The notes under the pieces were generated by a model. That model saw only the letters and a program-made list of their open reading frames with translations. It had not been told where the DNA came from and made no database searches. A stretch of DNA of 64,000 nucleotides from Mytilus californianus. Taxonomy: Eukaryota. The stretch lies in assembly GCF_021869535.1 (NCBI RefSeq), contig NW_026262734.1, positions 94,426,001 to 94,490,000 on the forward strand, written 5' to 3'. Position 1 is the stretch's first letter, and every line of letters begins with the position of its first letter. The translations under genes were made by a program, and so were the position numbers. Below, in pieces: positions 52,861 to 64,000 of this stretch.

Positions 52861-52989
52861 AAGCATCATTATAGTTAACATTTCATTTTTTCCGTTATCA
52901 GTGTCTGTATATATTATAAAGATTATAAATAATGATCTTACAGTAAACAAGGTAAATCAAACAAGGAAGTCCATTTGTAACATGATACA

Positions 52990-53600
52990 ACTGTTTATAA
53001 AATTGAGAATGGAAATGGGGAATGTGTCAAAGAGACTACAACCCGACCAAAGAGCAGAAAACAGCCGAAGGTCACCAATGGGTCTTCAACACAGCGAGAA
53101 AATCCCGCACCCGGAGGCGGGCTTTAGCTTGGCTCCTAAACAAAAATGTGTATTAGTTCAATGAAAATGGACGTCACACTAAACTCCAAAACATATAAAT
53201 GAACTAAAATTAAAAAAACATACAGAAATAACAAAGGCCAGAGGCTCCTGTCTTGGGACAGGCGCAAAAATGCGGCGGGGTTAAACATGTTTGTGAGATC
53301 TCAACTCTCCCCCTTTACCTCTAGTTAATGTAGAATAAACAAACACGCAGCAATACGAACATAAAACTTCGTTTAAAAGAAGTCCGAGTCCGATGTCAGA
53401 ATAGATAACAATAGAAACTAAGCAAAATGACAACGATACATAAATTAACAAAGGACTACTAGCGGTTACTGACATGCCAGCACCAGACCTCAATAAACTG
53501 ATTGAAAGATTATGTCTTCATCATATGAAAATCAAGCACAATCCCTCCCGTTAGGGGTTTAGTATCATACCATCATAAAATACATGAGAGGAACATAATA
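52990..53600 (+). repeat. Abundant interspersed repeat (ggggaatgtgtcaaagagac...; ggcggggttaaacatgtt); related pieces at 23880-23940, 34715-34820, 49040-49200, 56230-56790, 59680-59740
   Basis: Shared motifs recur across the window. The largest copy abuts the Penelope-like RT and hammerhead, so it may be the terminal repeat of that element. Confidence 0.6.
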
Positions 53601-53631
53601 GTTATCAAAGGTACCAGGCTTATAATTTAAT

Positions 53632-53677
53632 ACGCCAGACGCGCGTTTCGTCTACATAAGACTCATCAATGACGCTC
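53632..53677 (-). ncRNA. Minimal type I hammerhead ribozyme motif with a C3-to-U core change (probably inactive)
   Basis: Minus strand reads gcgtca TTGATGA gtc ttatgta gac GAA ACGCGCGT C tggcgt: palindromic stem III and GUC site, but UUGAUGA instead of CUGAUGA. Confidence 0.7.
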
Positions 53678-53793
53678 AGATCAAAATAGTAAAAAAGCCA
53701 AACAAGTATAGAGTGGAGGAGCATTAAGGACCCAAAATTTCAAAAAGTATATATACCGTATCATGCCAACAACTGGTTTTAGAATAAATGTGT

Positions 53794-54500
53794 TTATTTC
53801 CAATGCAAAGACCCAATGAGTGAATCAATATTAATACCAAAATATGCCATCTTTAATGACCTGACAACAGTATCGTAACTATTACTATATCCATTCTGAA
53901 TAAGTCTGTTTAAAGGTTTGGTTAGCTTTTGAGGTGAATGTCGACATTTTGGTGCTTTGTATAGAATATTACCATAACAGATTGGATGTGAAATACCTGC
54001 ACGTATAAGATGTCTGCATGTTGATTTATATTTACGAATGGTGTCCTTGTACCGATGATAAAATTTAGTAAACGTTTTGACTAGTTTGTGATATCGTAAT
54101 ACAGAGATTTCTTTCGTTAAAATCAAATACATTGTTACATACACGAGCGCATCGAACAAGCTGAGATATATAAACACCATAAGATGGTGACAAGGGAACG
54201 TCACCATCTAAAAATGGATAATTAATAATAGGAAATTAAAAATCATCTCTTTTATCATAAATTTTGGTATTAAGCTTCCCGTTAAAGATATAGATATCAA
54301 GATCCAGGAAAGAGCAGTGTTCAGTGTTAGTATTAGCTTTATTCAAAGTCAGTTCAGCAGGATAAATCTCTTTAGTGTACATACTGAAGTCGTCATTATT
54401 GAGAGCAATTATATCATCCAAATATCTAAAAGTGTTATTAAATTTATGTATCAGATGTTGTTTCGATGGGTCTTTGCTGATTTTAATCATAACAATACAG
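53794..54500 (-). pseudogene. Penelope-like retroelement reverse transcriptase fragment (disrupted)
   Basis: FNNTFRYLDDIIALNN...SFLDLDIYIFNGKLNTKIYDKRDDF, a stop at 54236, then FPIINYPFLDGDVPLSPSYGVYISQLVR; a frameshift precedes RYHKLVKTFTKFYHRYK. Confidence 0.85.
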
Positions 54501-57039
54501 AAAAAGGTCACACAATCCACAATTTTCCCAGTTACTAGCCATGACCCTATAGAAATGGATAAAAGGTCAAAAGTCATAATTCTATATTTACTAGGTATAC
54601 GGGTATAAAACATTTATACATAAGAGAAATACTAAGTTGTCATGTTGTGTTTGGGATTGTATTTGTATGTGTTTGTTTTTTTGGCAATTTGTTTGTTTTT
54701 TGTTATCTTTATGTTAAACAGGGTAAAAGACCAATGTCCAAACATGTCACTTTAGAGATGATTTTTGTACTTGCATTTTCATTCGATGCAAAACTTAATC
54801 TACAATGAACGTAAGTATCAATTTGAACAAAACAATAAAAGCATGACGATAAGGTCAAACACAGCAAATACATCTTCAGGAAAGTTTAAGGTTGTCCTAC
54901 ACCATACAGTACAAGAGCTTACCAATTGTATATCAGCCAAAGTATTTTTTTTTTTGATTCGGTGATAACCTAGTTACTCACCAAATGCATCTTCATTCAA
55001 GTTAAGAAGAGTATGCACTATTATGTAGTGCTAGATATAATAATTGGGGTCAAACAAAGTAACGTATGACAAAGTGGTAAATTAAGGTTGCATACTTTTG
55101 ACTGGACGGATGTTACCTGCTACCTAATTGTACCCAGTTGACTGTGGCTAAATCAAGTACGAAGTTGAAGAGCCTATAGAAACCAAACTTCCGAAAGATT
55201 ATGCCAAATACAGCTACGGTAATCTTTTACTGGGGTAACAAGTCCTTAGTATTTCTAACAAATTAAAGTATTAATTCCAAATGAAAGAAATATTCTGGAA
55301 TATTATATCCTTTATACTCCGGTATAGCATTGGTTATAACCAAGTTTTCAGAGAAACAAATATGCGTCGACATGGCTTCATCTTAGACCACCAGACGTAC
55401 GAACTTTGGTGTTTAGTTTAGTGGAACAATTAGATTAGATAATTATGTGTTTTCCTACAACTCCCTACAATTCGGTTACATGCGGTAGCATGCTCATATA
55501 CTGACGTAAAATCAAATTTGTTCCTGGTTGCAGTGAAAAGAGGGTAGCTGCGATGCCTTCGATTGTGTCGTCTTTCTTTTTATAAAGAAACAATGTTTTC
55601 TGTAATCTTGGGAAGGAAACTGCTAACATCATTTATTTACGCATATTGACATAATATAATGACCCTTTGAACTGACAGTCGTTTGGACAGAATATTTCCT
55701 ATTTACCTCCAAATTGTTTGCAAGACATGTAAAAATACATCACATATAACAAAAACACCATTAAGACCGTATTGTCCTTTTCATGTTATACTTTGATCTG
55801 AATTAGTCTAAAAAAATTAGCCTGTAATTTTACGTTTTGTGTTGTTTCGCTTATCCCGAAAATATGGCATAAAAAGAAAATGAGTGTCTCATGGAAAGGT
55901 GTAGTAGCTATATACGATGCTCCTTTCTGGTCAAATTGTTTCTTATAATCTTTGCAACTGCTTACATCATAATGTTTGAATACTCAACAGTTCTAAACGG
56001 ACAGTCGTTTAGACAGGTTGATCTTATATACCCTCAAATTCGTTTGCCAGGCGTATACAAATAACAGAAGCAGATATATACAAGTCACAATAAGGGTCGA
56101 TAACTCTATCGCTACAGATCGGCTGGTAAAGGGTCGATAAGTTCTTACATTTAATTATTTAATTATGTGCACTTTATCTCTACACTAGGTCAAATTTCGA
56201 TAAAAAATTTGTCAAATAAAGTTAAAGCTTTAAAGGGCCCCGAGATGACAAATGTAAAACAATTGAAACGAGAAAACTAACGGCCTAATTTATGTACAAA
56301 ATAATCAACAAAAAACAAATATGTTACACAGCAACAAACGACAACCACTGAATTACAGGCTTCTGACTTGGGACAGGCACATACAGAATGTGGCGGGGTT
56401 AAACTCGTTTGAAGGCGCCAACCCTCCCCCTTACCTGGGACAGTTGTGTAACAGTACAACATAAGAACAAACAATAAAACTCAGTTAAAAAAGGCTTAAC
56501 TCATGAGATGGATACAAATAGAAATACTTCTAACAAAAACACATAGTGGACGTGGACGGGTACTTATTCATCCCCCCAACAAAATGACACTAAGTACAGA
56601 TCTGAGAGTACTAGCAGTTACTGACAGCTAGTTCAAAGCCAATAGCCACTAATAAAAAAATCATGCATCTATGAATAAAATATCAATTAGTACATATCCA
56701 ACATCCAATGGACTTAACTAAAAGACGTCGTAAACAGTCGGAGAAAAACATGACCTTGTGCAATGCCAAGATACGGGTATCGACAGATTGTAGAGCCATG
56801 AATGTGCAAATGTATATAAGAATAATATTTAGTTTGATTTTAATTTACTGATAACAAAATCAATAATAATACCAATAAAAACATTATTAAAAGATCTAAT
56901 TACATTGTTGAATTGGTTACTTATTTGAAGGATCGATAATTTTACCCGGATCGTTTCTAAATTTCCGGGCTCGGTAAACAACATCTCCGTCAAAAATGAG
57001 GATGTGCCATCCCGTTTGAAATAAGTTTTCTATAGGTAC

Positions 57040-57290
57040 AACCAAAAACTTCAAAACCAAATCTTTATATCTATGGAAGAATTTCGTAAAGATTTAAAGT
57101 AACTTGTGGTAACGAAATCTATGAAATAATAATTTACCAGTAATACATCGATTACGTTCATTGAAATCCAAAACGTCACAACAGACACGAGCATAGCGAA
57201 CGAGTTGTGAGATATAAACACCGTAAGATGGTGCCAAAGGAACTTCACCGTCCAAAAAAGGAAAATTAACAATACGGAACGTCCGATTTG
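57040..57290 (-). pseudogene. Second Penelope-like RT C-terminal fragment
   Basis: FRIVNFPFLDGEVPLAPSYGVYISQLVRYARVCCDVLDFNERNRCITGKLLFHRFRYHKLL*IFTKFFHRYKDL, homologous to the 53794-54500 copy. Confidence 0.8.
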
Positions 57291-59767
57291 TCGTAAATTT
57301 TAGTGTAGAGTTTCCCGTGTAAAACTGAAATATTTAAATCTAGGAAAAGACAGTTATTACAGTTTATATTTGATTTATTTAAAGTACATTTCAGAATTTT
57401 ATACGGCATGTCCGATGATTGTAAGTAATAACATATGATCTATATAAATAAATAGTATATGAACATTTGTTGATGTGGTTCATAAGTGTTTCTCGTTTCT
57501 CGTTTTTTATATAGATTAGACCGTTGGTTTTCTCGTTTGAATGGTTTTACACTAGTAATTTTTTGGGGCCCTTTATAGCTTACTGTTCGGTGTGAGCCAA
57601 GGCTCCGTGTTGAAGACCGTACTGTGACCTATAATGGTTTACTTTTATAAATTTTGACTTGGATGGAGAGTTGTCTCATTGGCACTCATACCACATCTTC
57701 TTATATCTATGATACCTGTTAGAACTTTTCGGAACGCTAAGGGTGTACAATTTACCTCAGATGATAACCTGTGTGTTCGAAACGCGATGCTAGATTATAA
57801 GGTCGTTAACTATTATGGCTCTTCCTTCACTTTCATTTGTTTAAATGCTAGTTAGCAATGACTGAATGGTAATTAACAGATTGATTTGGTCAGTTGCACA
57901 TACGTCTTATTCCGATACAAAACAACAAATGAAGAATGTTTTTAAATTGTGAGTTTCTGCTGTATCATAAAAATTCAAATTCGGTTTGTGATAATGTTCG
58001 TGTAGTTGTACAGTATTTGAATCTGAGGTTGTCCATTTAAGATTAAAAATCACTGGCCCCAGACAATTCTTATTTCATCGAGTGAACGGTAGGATAGGAT
58101 CACTTGTGTTAAATTTGTTAATTAATTCGTCCTTTTTTAGGTTATAAACGTATGCACATCATATTCTCTTACCCAAAAGTGATGTTTAGTGTCTAATTCA
58201 TTATTTGTTTAATTTAATTTATTCGATATATGTATATATTTTGAACAAAAGTACTTATTTACAAAATCATCAATCCCCTCCCCCCTCGCCTTTCCATTTT
58301 GAAATTGAAAACGGACTTCGAAAAATACCGCGAATGTGAGCTGGTTCCTATTTAAATTTTTTCTTATTATTTGAGATCTCGACAGCTTCTATTCTTATTT
58401 CAATATCAGTTCAATGAAAAGATAACTAAATTTTATCATATACATAAAAATGACAATTCATCAATCTGATTTGCAATCTCAAATAAACATGATAAATGAA
58501 CTGCCTATTGATAATTGTTGACATATTTACTTCATAAAATTGAAATTTCCAGGATAAGTGTATGACATACGTATACGCTTCACTTATTTAAACATTAGTA
58601 TCCGATCCATTTGGTCATGACGGTATTTTCTACCTCATAACAGTTGGAAATTTATATAGACTCATTGATATCATTGCAGCGAATATAGTACATAAAATAT
58701 TATAACTGGAATTACCTACAATATTGGACAGTTCAAAGACTAAACAAACCTGCATGAGAAAATGTGTTGATATGACGCCAATTTCCCAGTATACAGCCTA
58801 ATTGTTAAATGTACATTTCTGGGAATTCATATTAAAGACGATGTGTGTCAGGGACATACACTATCATAATGTGTGCATTGGTTTGCAGTATGGCCAACAG
58901 TATGGCGAAAAAGGGGAAATCCATTATTTGTTCGTTGAATGTAAAAAGTCAGCCGACCGGAACGGGAAATATTGATCACCACAAAAATTAATTTAAATTG
59001 CATTACGCGAAAGTTGACCAACCGGGAAGTAACGCAAACTCGTTTCTTAATGCATCATTATAGAAACATTAATCAAATCTCGGCTAAGGATCGGCAAACA
59101 TGACAAAAAAAATCTCGAAAAGTACAATTTTCATTTTTGGATATTTTTCTGGTAGATCATGTCGAACTGTCATTTGTTTTTTCCGTCGAATTCTCTTTTA
59201 TTGATTGAACAGGAAGCGCAGAAGTACCAATTGGAATTTATTATTTAGTATATTAAATTGCTTTATTTATTGGATGGTCAGCCTCTGTGGTTATTTGAAA
59301 ATAAACGGAGTATTGACCTTTCGGGAATTTGTATATTCTTATACAGGTAATGTATTTATGCAATGAAATTTTCACCCTCATTTTAACAAAAAAAGTTTTA
59401 ATTTAAAAGAAGTTATTATCAAAATTTAGTGATCCATCGACATTGACCTCTAATATGTTATTTAATCCAATGTAACTAACAAATATGCAATAGTGCTATA
59501 GCAAATTGTTCTTGTCTACCATCACTGTGATGGAAGAGTAAAATATAATTTAAATATATTGCTAATACACACAATTCTTCCAATCTTTCCATCAGTGATT
59601 TCAGATCACTTTGATTACATCTATTCTCCCCCAGACAAGTTGATCGTAAGAAAACTAAGAAAACCTTAGGCTGTTGTTTCTGCTCTTTGGTCGGGTTGTT
59701 GTCTTTTGACGCATTTCTGTTTCCATTCTCCATTTTATAGTATAAAGTAAATATAGTTGATTATGAT

Positions 59768-60052
59768 TTAAGGGTGTACCAAACACCTCGCTAAAATTAA
59801 AATTGGTTCGTTTAGTTTTCATAAAATTTTGACAAAAATATTTACTTTGACACTTTGACAAAAATATAAAAATTTCAAACAACTTGAACCACACACTTTA
59901 TCGGAAAAATTTCGTTGAATATATAGCAGTTTGACAAACACTAATTTAGATCATTGAGAAGCTTTCATATTTCCTGAAACAATAGAACGTAATTAAAACG
60001 TTCAGCTGAATTTTACAGAGTTATCTCCCTGTAGTGTTATGTACCACCTTAT
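59768..60052 (-). mobile_element. Second copy of the same ~280-bp MITE family, reverse orientation
   Basis: ttaagggtgtacc...ctccctgtagtgttatgtaccaccttat is the reverse complement of the 47709 copy along its length. Confidence 0.75.
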
Positions 60053-63000
60053 AAAAAGATTGTGTAAAAGTATTATATTGTAATTATACAGGAGCTTCTC
60101 AATTTTGCTATGACAGACTTTTTCAATATCAATAGTTATCAGTAGTCATCAGGGTGTATTTTGAAGTGTGTAATTATTTATTTAAGTGTTATTTACTTTA
60201 TCTATATATTTAACAACAAAAGTAACGCAAAAAAACTTACTATATCAATTTTACAATTTCTTGCTTTTGCTTCAAATTTGTAGAAATCTAGACTATTGTC
60301 TAAACGTTGTGTTAAAATTTTGACTTATTTCAATCATTTTCAAAAAAATTATATGCCATAGAAATTTTACCTCAAAGAAATTAATAGAGTGGTGCGTTTC
60401 TTTAGCTGTTTAGTATAATCATTCTCTTTACAAGGAACTTATTCTTTTTTCTCTTGACAGAGAACTTGAATCCTTAATATGATGTTAGTTTTCTTGTTTG
60501 ACTACTGAGGATTTACACACATCCTGGGTTAGTTTCCTGTTTTCGCTTATCAACTTATAAACTTTGAAAATATTGTGTTTTTAAAGAGAGAACAAGACTG
60601 TATATTTTATATATATATATGTAATTATGATTAATATTTGTTAGTTATATACATACATTATCACATACATAAACAAATTATATACCATGTCAGCACGATC
60701 AAATACGAAGCCTACCATTAAAATGTTTAAACGTAGTGTCTAATATATATCAAATGCACAGGTTATGAAAGATATATAGTTCGTGCTTTGTTTCCAAAAA
60801 AATGCTTATATCTTTGTGTGTATTATCATTTATATGATAATTGTTTTTGTAGTATTGTATACAAGTTTTACCTATTGACTTCTTTTTATTTCAACCACTT
60901 TATAATGGGTTTAATTTAAAGCTTTAAATTATTTAACCCCCGCCTTTCCCAAGAGTGACTGCGGAAAGAAATATAGTCACTACAGGTCTTCTTTCGACCG
61001 GTAGTGAAACCTTCGTCGAAGTGGGACGTCCGTTTAATTGTGCGGAATTTACAAGTACGCAGTATCCGGTCAGAATGGGGACGTAAAACCCGATGCCTCA
61101 TGTAGAGAGAGTGTCTCGGTCCTTGCAACAACTCTTTGAGGTACCGTACGCGGCCTATTGCAAGGCAACATTTCTGTCCCGATCAAATACATCCTCATTT
61201 TCTAGTTGCAGCCTAATTGTTGCCACTACAGGACCTACTTAATGTATTTGTTGTTAGTTTGTTCTCTGAACATGCATGAACTATTTTCCACTGCACGTAT
61301 AACATTGATTTCGACTAGAATTCATGAGTATACTCTTGAAATGAAATTTACTCGCTCGGTATTTTCACTCTTTTTATTGGATATTTTAATTTCCTATCCA
61401 ATGATGTAACATTCTTATTTATACTAATACACAGTGTTGTTCAGTACTTTTTTTTATTTGATATTGAATAGAAATTACACACAAATCCTTGATTGTATTT
61501 TTATTAGGTTTATGCTTAACAATGTATCATAAAGATATACAACGTTTAGTTTACATATCTATGATTATATAAGAATATAATGCTAAGTAAAATAAAACCA
61601 ACTGTAAGAAGTGGTGAAAGCTGTATTAAAGGAGTAAAAACTGTATCAGTTTTTCATTTTAAGGATTTACATATCACAAACACAGGGACTCGGTTAGCCT
61701 ATCAAAATTGTTTAATCAATGCTTTATGAGTTTTGTTTAAACTTCCTGTCTATTTGTATTAAATTGTTAACGTATGAACGCCGGCATCATTCTTTTAATT
61801 TTTTCCAGAAAAGTTCAGTACACTGTCCATAAACACATTATCTGAATTATTTCAGTATACAGACATGAACTTTATATACTGTGAGAAAACGGCGGAGAAA
61901 TATATACGCCAATGGTAATGCGTTAATGATTTATTACAGACAAAATAGGGAATAAAAAAAATCGAAATAGCATTGTATATTTTTTTTTAAATTTTATAAG
62001 CAAACCTCTGTGGTTTCAAGAAGAATCATATCAAGTTGCCTTAAAGATTATAAAATTTTGTCAACTTACCCTGAGACAAGCCGTTTTTCCGATAGTGTGT
62101 GACGCAGTATCCTGGTCGTGTGTTGTTTATGTGATGTTTAATAAATTCTTGGAAATATACGAAGTATATCCCGAAAGCAAGTTCGCACAAGGAGGAAAGT
62201 AAATGACAGGTCACTGTAAAGTTAAGTGTGGCGGTCGGTATATTTTTTAACTTCGAAATATTTTTAACAATGCCCCGATGAGTTTGTTTCGTTTTTTGCT
62301 TGCATGTGCCAAAGGGTCGCGGGATCTATTTTGATACGTCGTAAAATACTCAGTATCATAGATAAAATAAATAAGCGTTGATTCTGTGATAGTTATCCGA
62401 TGAGGACGCGGTGATCATCCCGATGGATGGAGGCCAGAGGGTGATCTTACAATTACATCCCGAATAGGATAAAAAAATTAAAACAACACGTTTAATAATT
62501 CCATGCGTCCGAAGCGCTTTACGTATGAACGCTTCATATGCCCAATGTTATGATTTCGATTCCCTGCATGGACTCTGGAAATGTAGTGGATTTTTTCTCC
62601 TTAAATTTGAAAATTAGTCTTTATCCCGCATAAATATATTGTGTGCTAAACATTCCCTCAATTTGTTATTGAACAAAAAAAAAGCTTGCAGAACGAAAAA
62701 GGTCAAGGTAGGGTGATGTGGTATGGATTATCGCACTAAGATCACTTCTGTCTGAACAAAGGAATTGGGGTGTAAAGATATTTAAAAGAATCAACGGTAA
62801 ATGAAAATGCTGACTTCATGGCAATGGTGAAAAACATTTTCTCTGAATTTCTGGGCCCGATGCTTTGATTTGAAAACTTTGCCAGATATATCCAAACTCA
62901 CCTGAATTCGGGCTTTAGTTGTAGAATACTACCCTCAAATTTGTATCATTAACAAACATTGCTAGTAATGCTTAAAATATAACAAAGGACTGTATATGAT

Positions 63001-63709
63001 TTTGTTATATACCCAATCTAATTTAGATATTGAACTCGGATTTTGTTATACTACATACGGGATCTAACCATGACCCTAATCTTTTTCACTTTTGAGACCT
63101 GATTTATATTGGAAATATTTGACCCCAGAAAAATTTATATCCACCAATCAGAATGGACCTTATGTATGCCACCTCGGAATATGTTGAAAATGGCACCGCA
63201 GAAATTAAAACAAAGTCGAAAATGCATTAACTGAAATGTTGCTTTAGTACATAATGAAATAATTAAAATTTGAGCAGAGACAAAATTTGGAAACTATTTT
63301 GGAGCACAAAGATTGCATGGTAACGCTTCAAACATGCTTCTAACGGGCTATTGAAAGAGTTTACCATACCATATATCTGATACCTGTTGCAAGTAAAATG
63401 AAGGAGCTCGGTACAGACACTAGGACAAAAGGTAAAGTCGTAGTTTGAGGTCCATAAGTATCTTTGTTTGAAGACCAAGTTTCCAAACTTAAGTCTGTAC
63501 CGATAATCAAGTCCGCATTCGAATTTAAATTCTCTAAAATATAGTATTGAAGTTTTATTTTACAAATTTTGGGCATCTTCTCAAAAAAAAAACTTTATGA
63601 GGAGGAGTCACAGTGTACTTTTAATATCCTAGAAAATATATTGGAAATCTTCCGACGCAATATCCTACCAAAAATATAATTTCCAATGTCAATGAATGTT
63701 TATTGGCTT

Positions 63710-63860
63710 CAGTGGCGGATCCAAAAATTTTCATAAGGGGGTCCACTGACTGCCTATAAGAGGGGCCCGCTCCAGTCATGATTCAGTGATTCCCAATATA
63801 ATCAATCAAATTTTTTAAAAGGTGGCGGTCACCCTGCGTACCCCTTTAAATCTGCCTCTG
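63710..63860. mobile_element. ~150-bp MITE with CAGTGGCGGATC-type TIR
   Basis: cagtggcggatc at 63710 and the degenerate complement aaatctgcctctg ending at 63860, with G/C runs inside. Confidence 0.65.
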
Positions 63861-64000
63861 ACATTAGATCATATAAATCTAAATTCACCAGTTTTTTAAA
63901 TTAGTAATAATATATTATATCTTACTGTGTACTTGCAAAGATATGCACCTATAATCAGGCCTGCGCATGCAGAAGAAGTTTTAATATCAGCAAACTGTTT

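Noticed and set aside
60940-61190. GC-richer segment with gggacgt motifs, possibly a SINE or ncRNA
   Set aside because: No clear Pol III boxes or known fold recognisable by eye.
63263-63576. Minus-strand ORFs with NADLIIGTD, resembling a LINE endonuclease motif
   Set aside because: A single short motif with no further conserved blocks.

Overview
AT-rich, intron-rich animal DNA. The interspersed repeats and a degraded TRIM-type propeller fragment suggest a mytilid bivalve (inference, no search run). Most of 1.2-43.2 kb reads as one giant Mutator-like (MULE) DNA transposon with two convergent multi-exon genes, both assembled by hand from GT-AG sites with consistent phases. The minus-strand gene has 19 exons and encodes a ~1,080-aa protein: UIM-like motif, OTU deubiquitinase, WRKY/GCM1-type Zn domain, MULE DDE transposase and two SWIM fingers. 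It carries two single-base lesions. The plus-strand gene has at least 43 exons and encodes a Ulp1/SENP (C48) protease, a compact PHD finger, 15 copies of a 24-aa charged repeat (each built from a 44-nt and a 28-nt micro-exon in an ~803-bp tandem unit) and an unknown C-terminal domain. A 36-bp GGTTACCTCTGGTCACC minisatellite lies upstream of both genes in mirror orientation. An intact minimal hammerhead ribozyme sits in a transposase intron. The remaining ~20 kb is repeat-rich intergenic DNA: Helentron-like and Kolobok-like non-autonomous elements, a foldback, Penelope-like RT fragments with a second hammerhead, a beta-propeller pseudogene and microsatellites. True TIR ends and a TSD for the large element were not identified.
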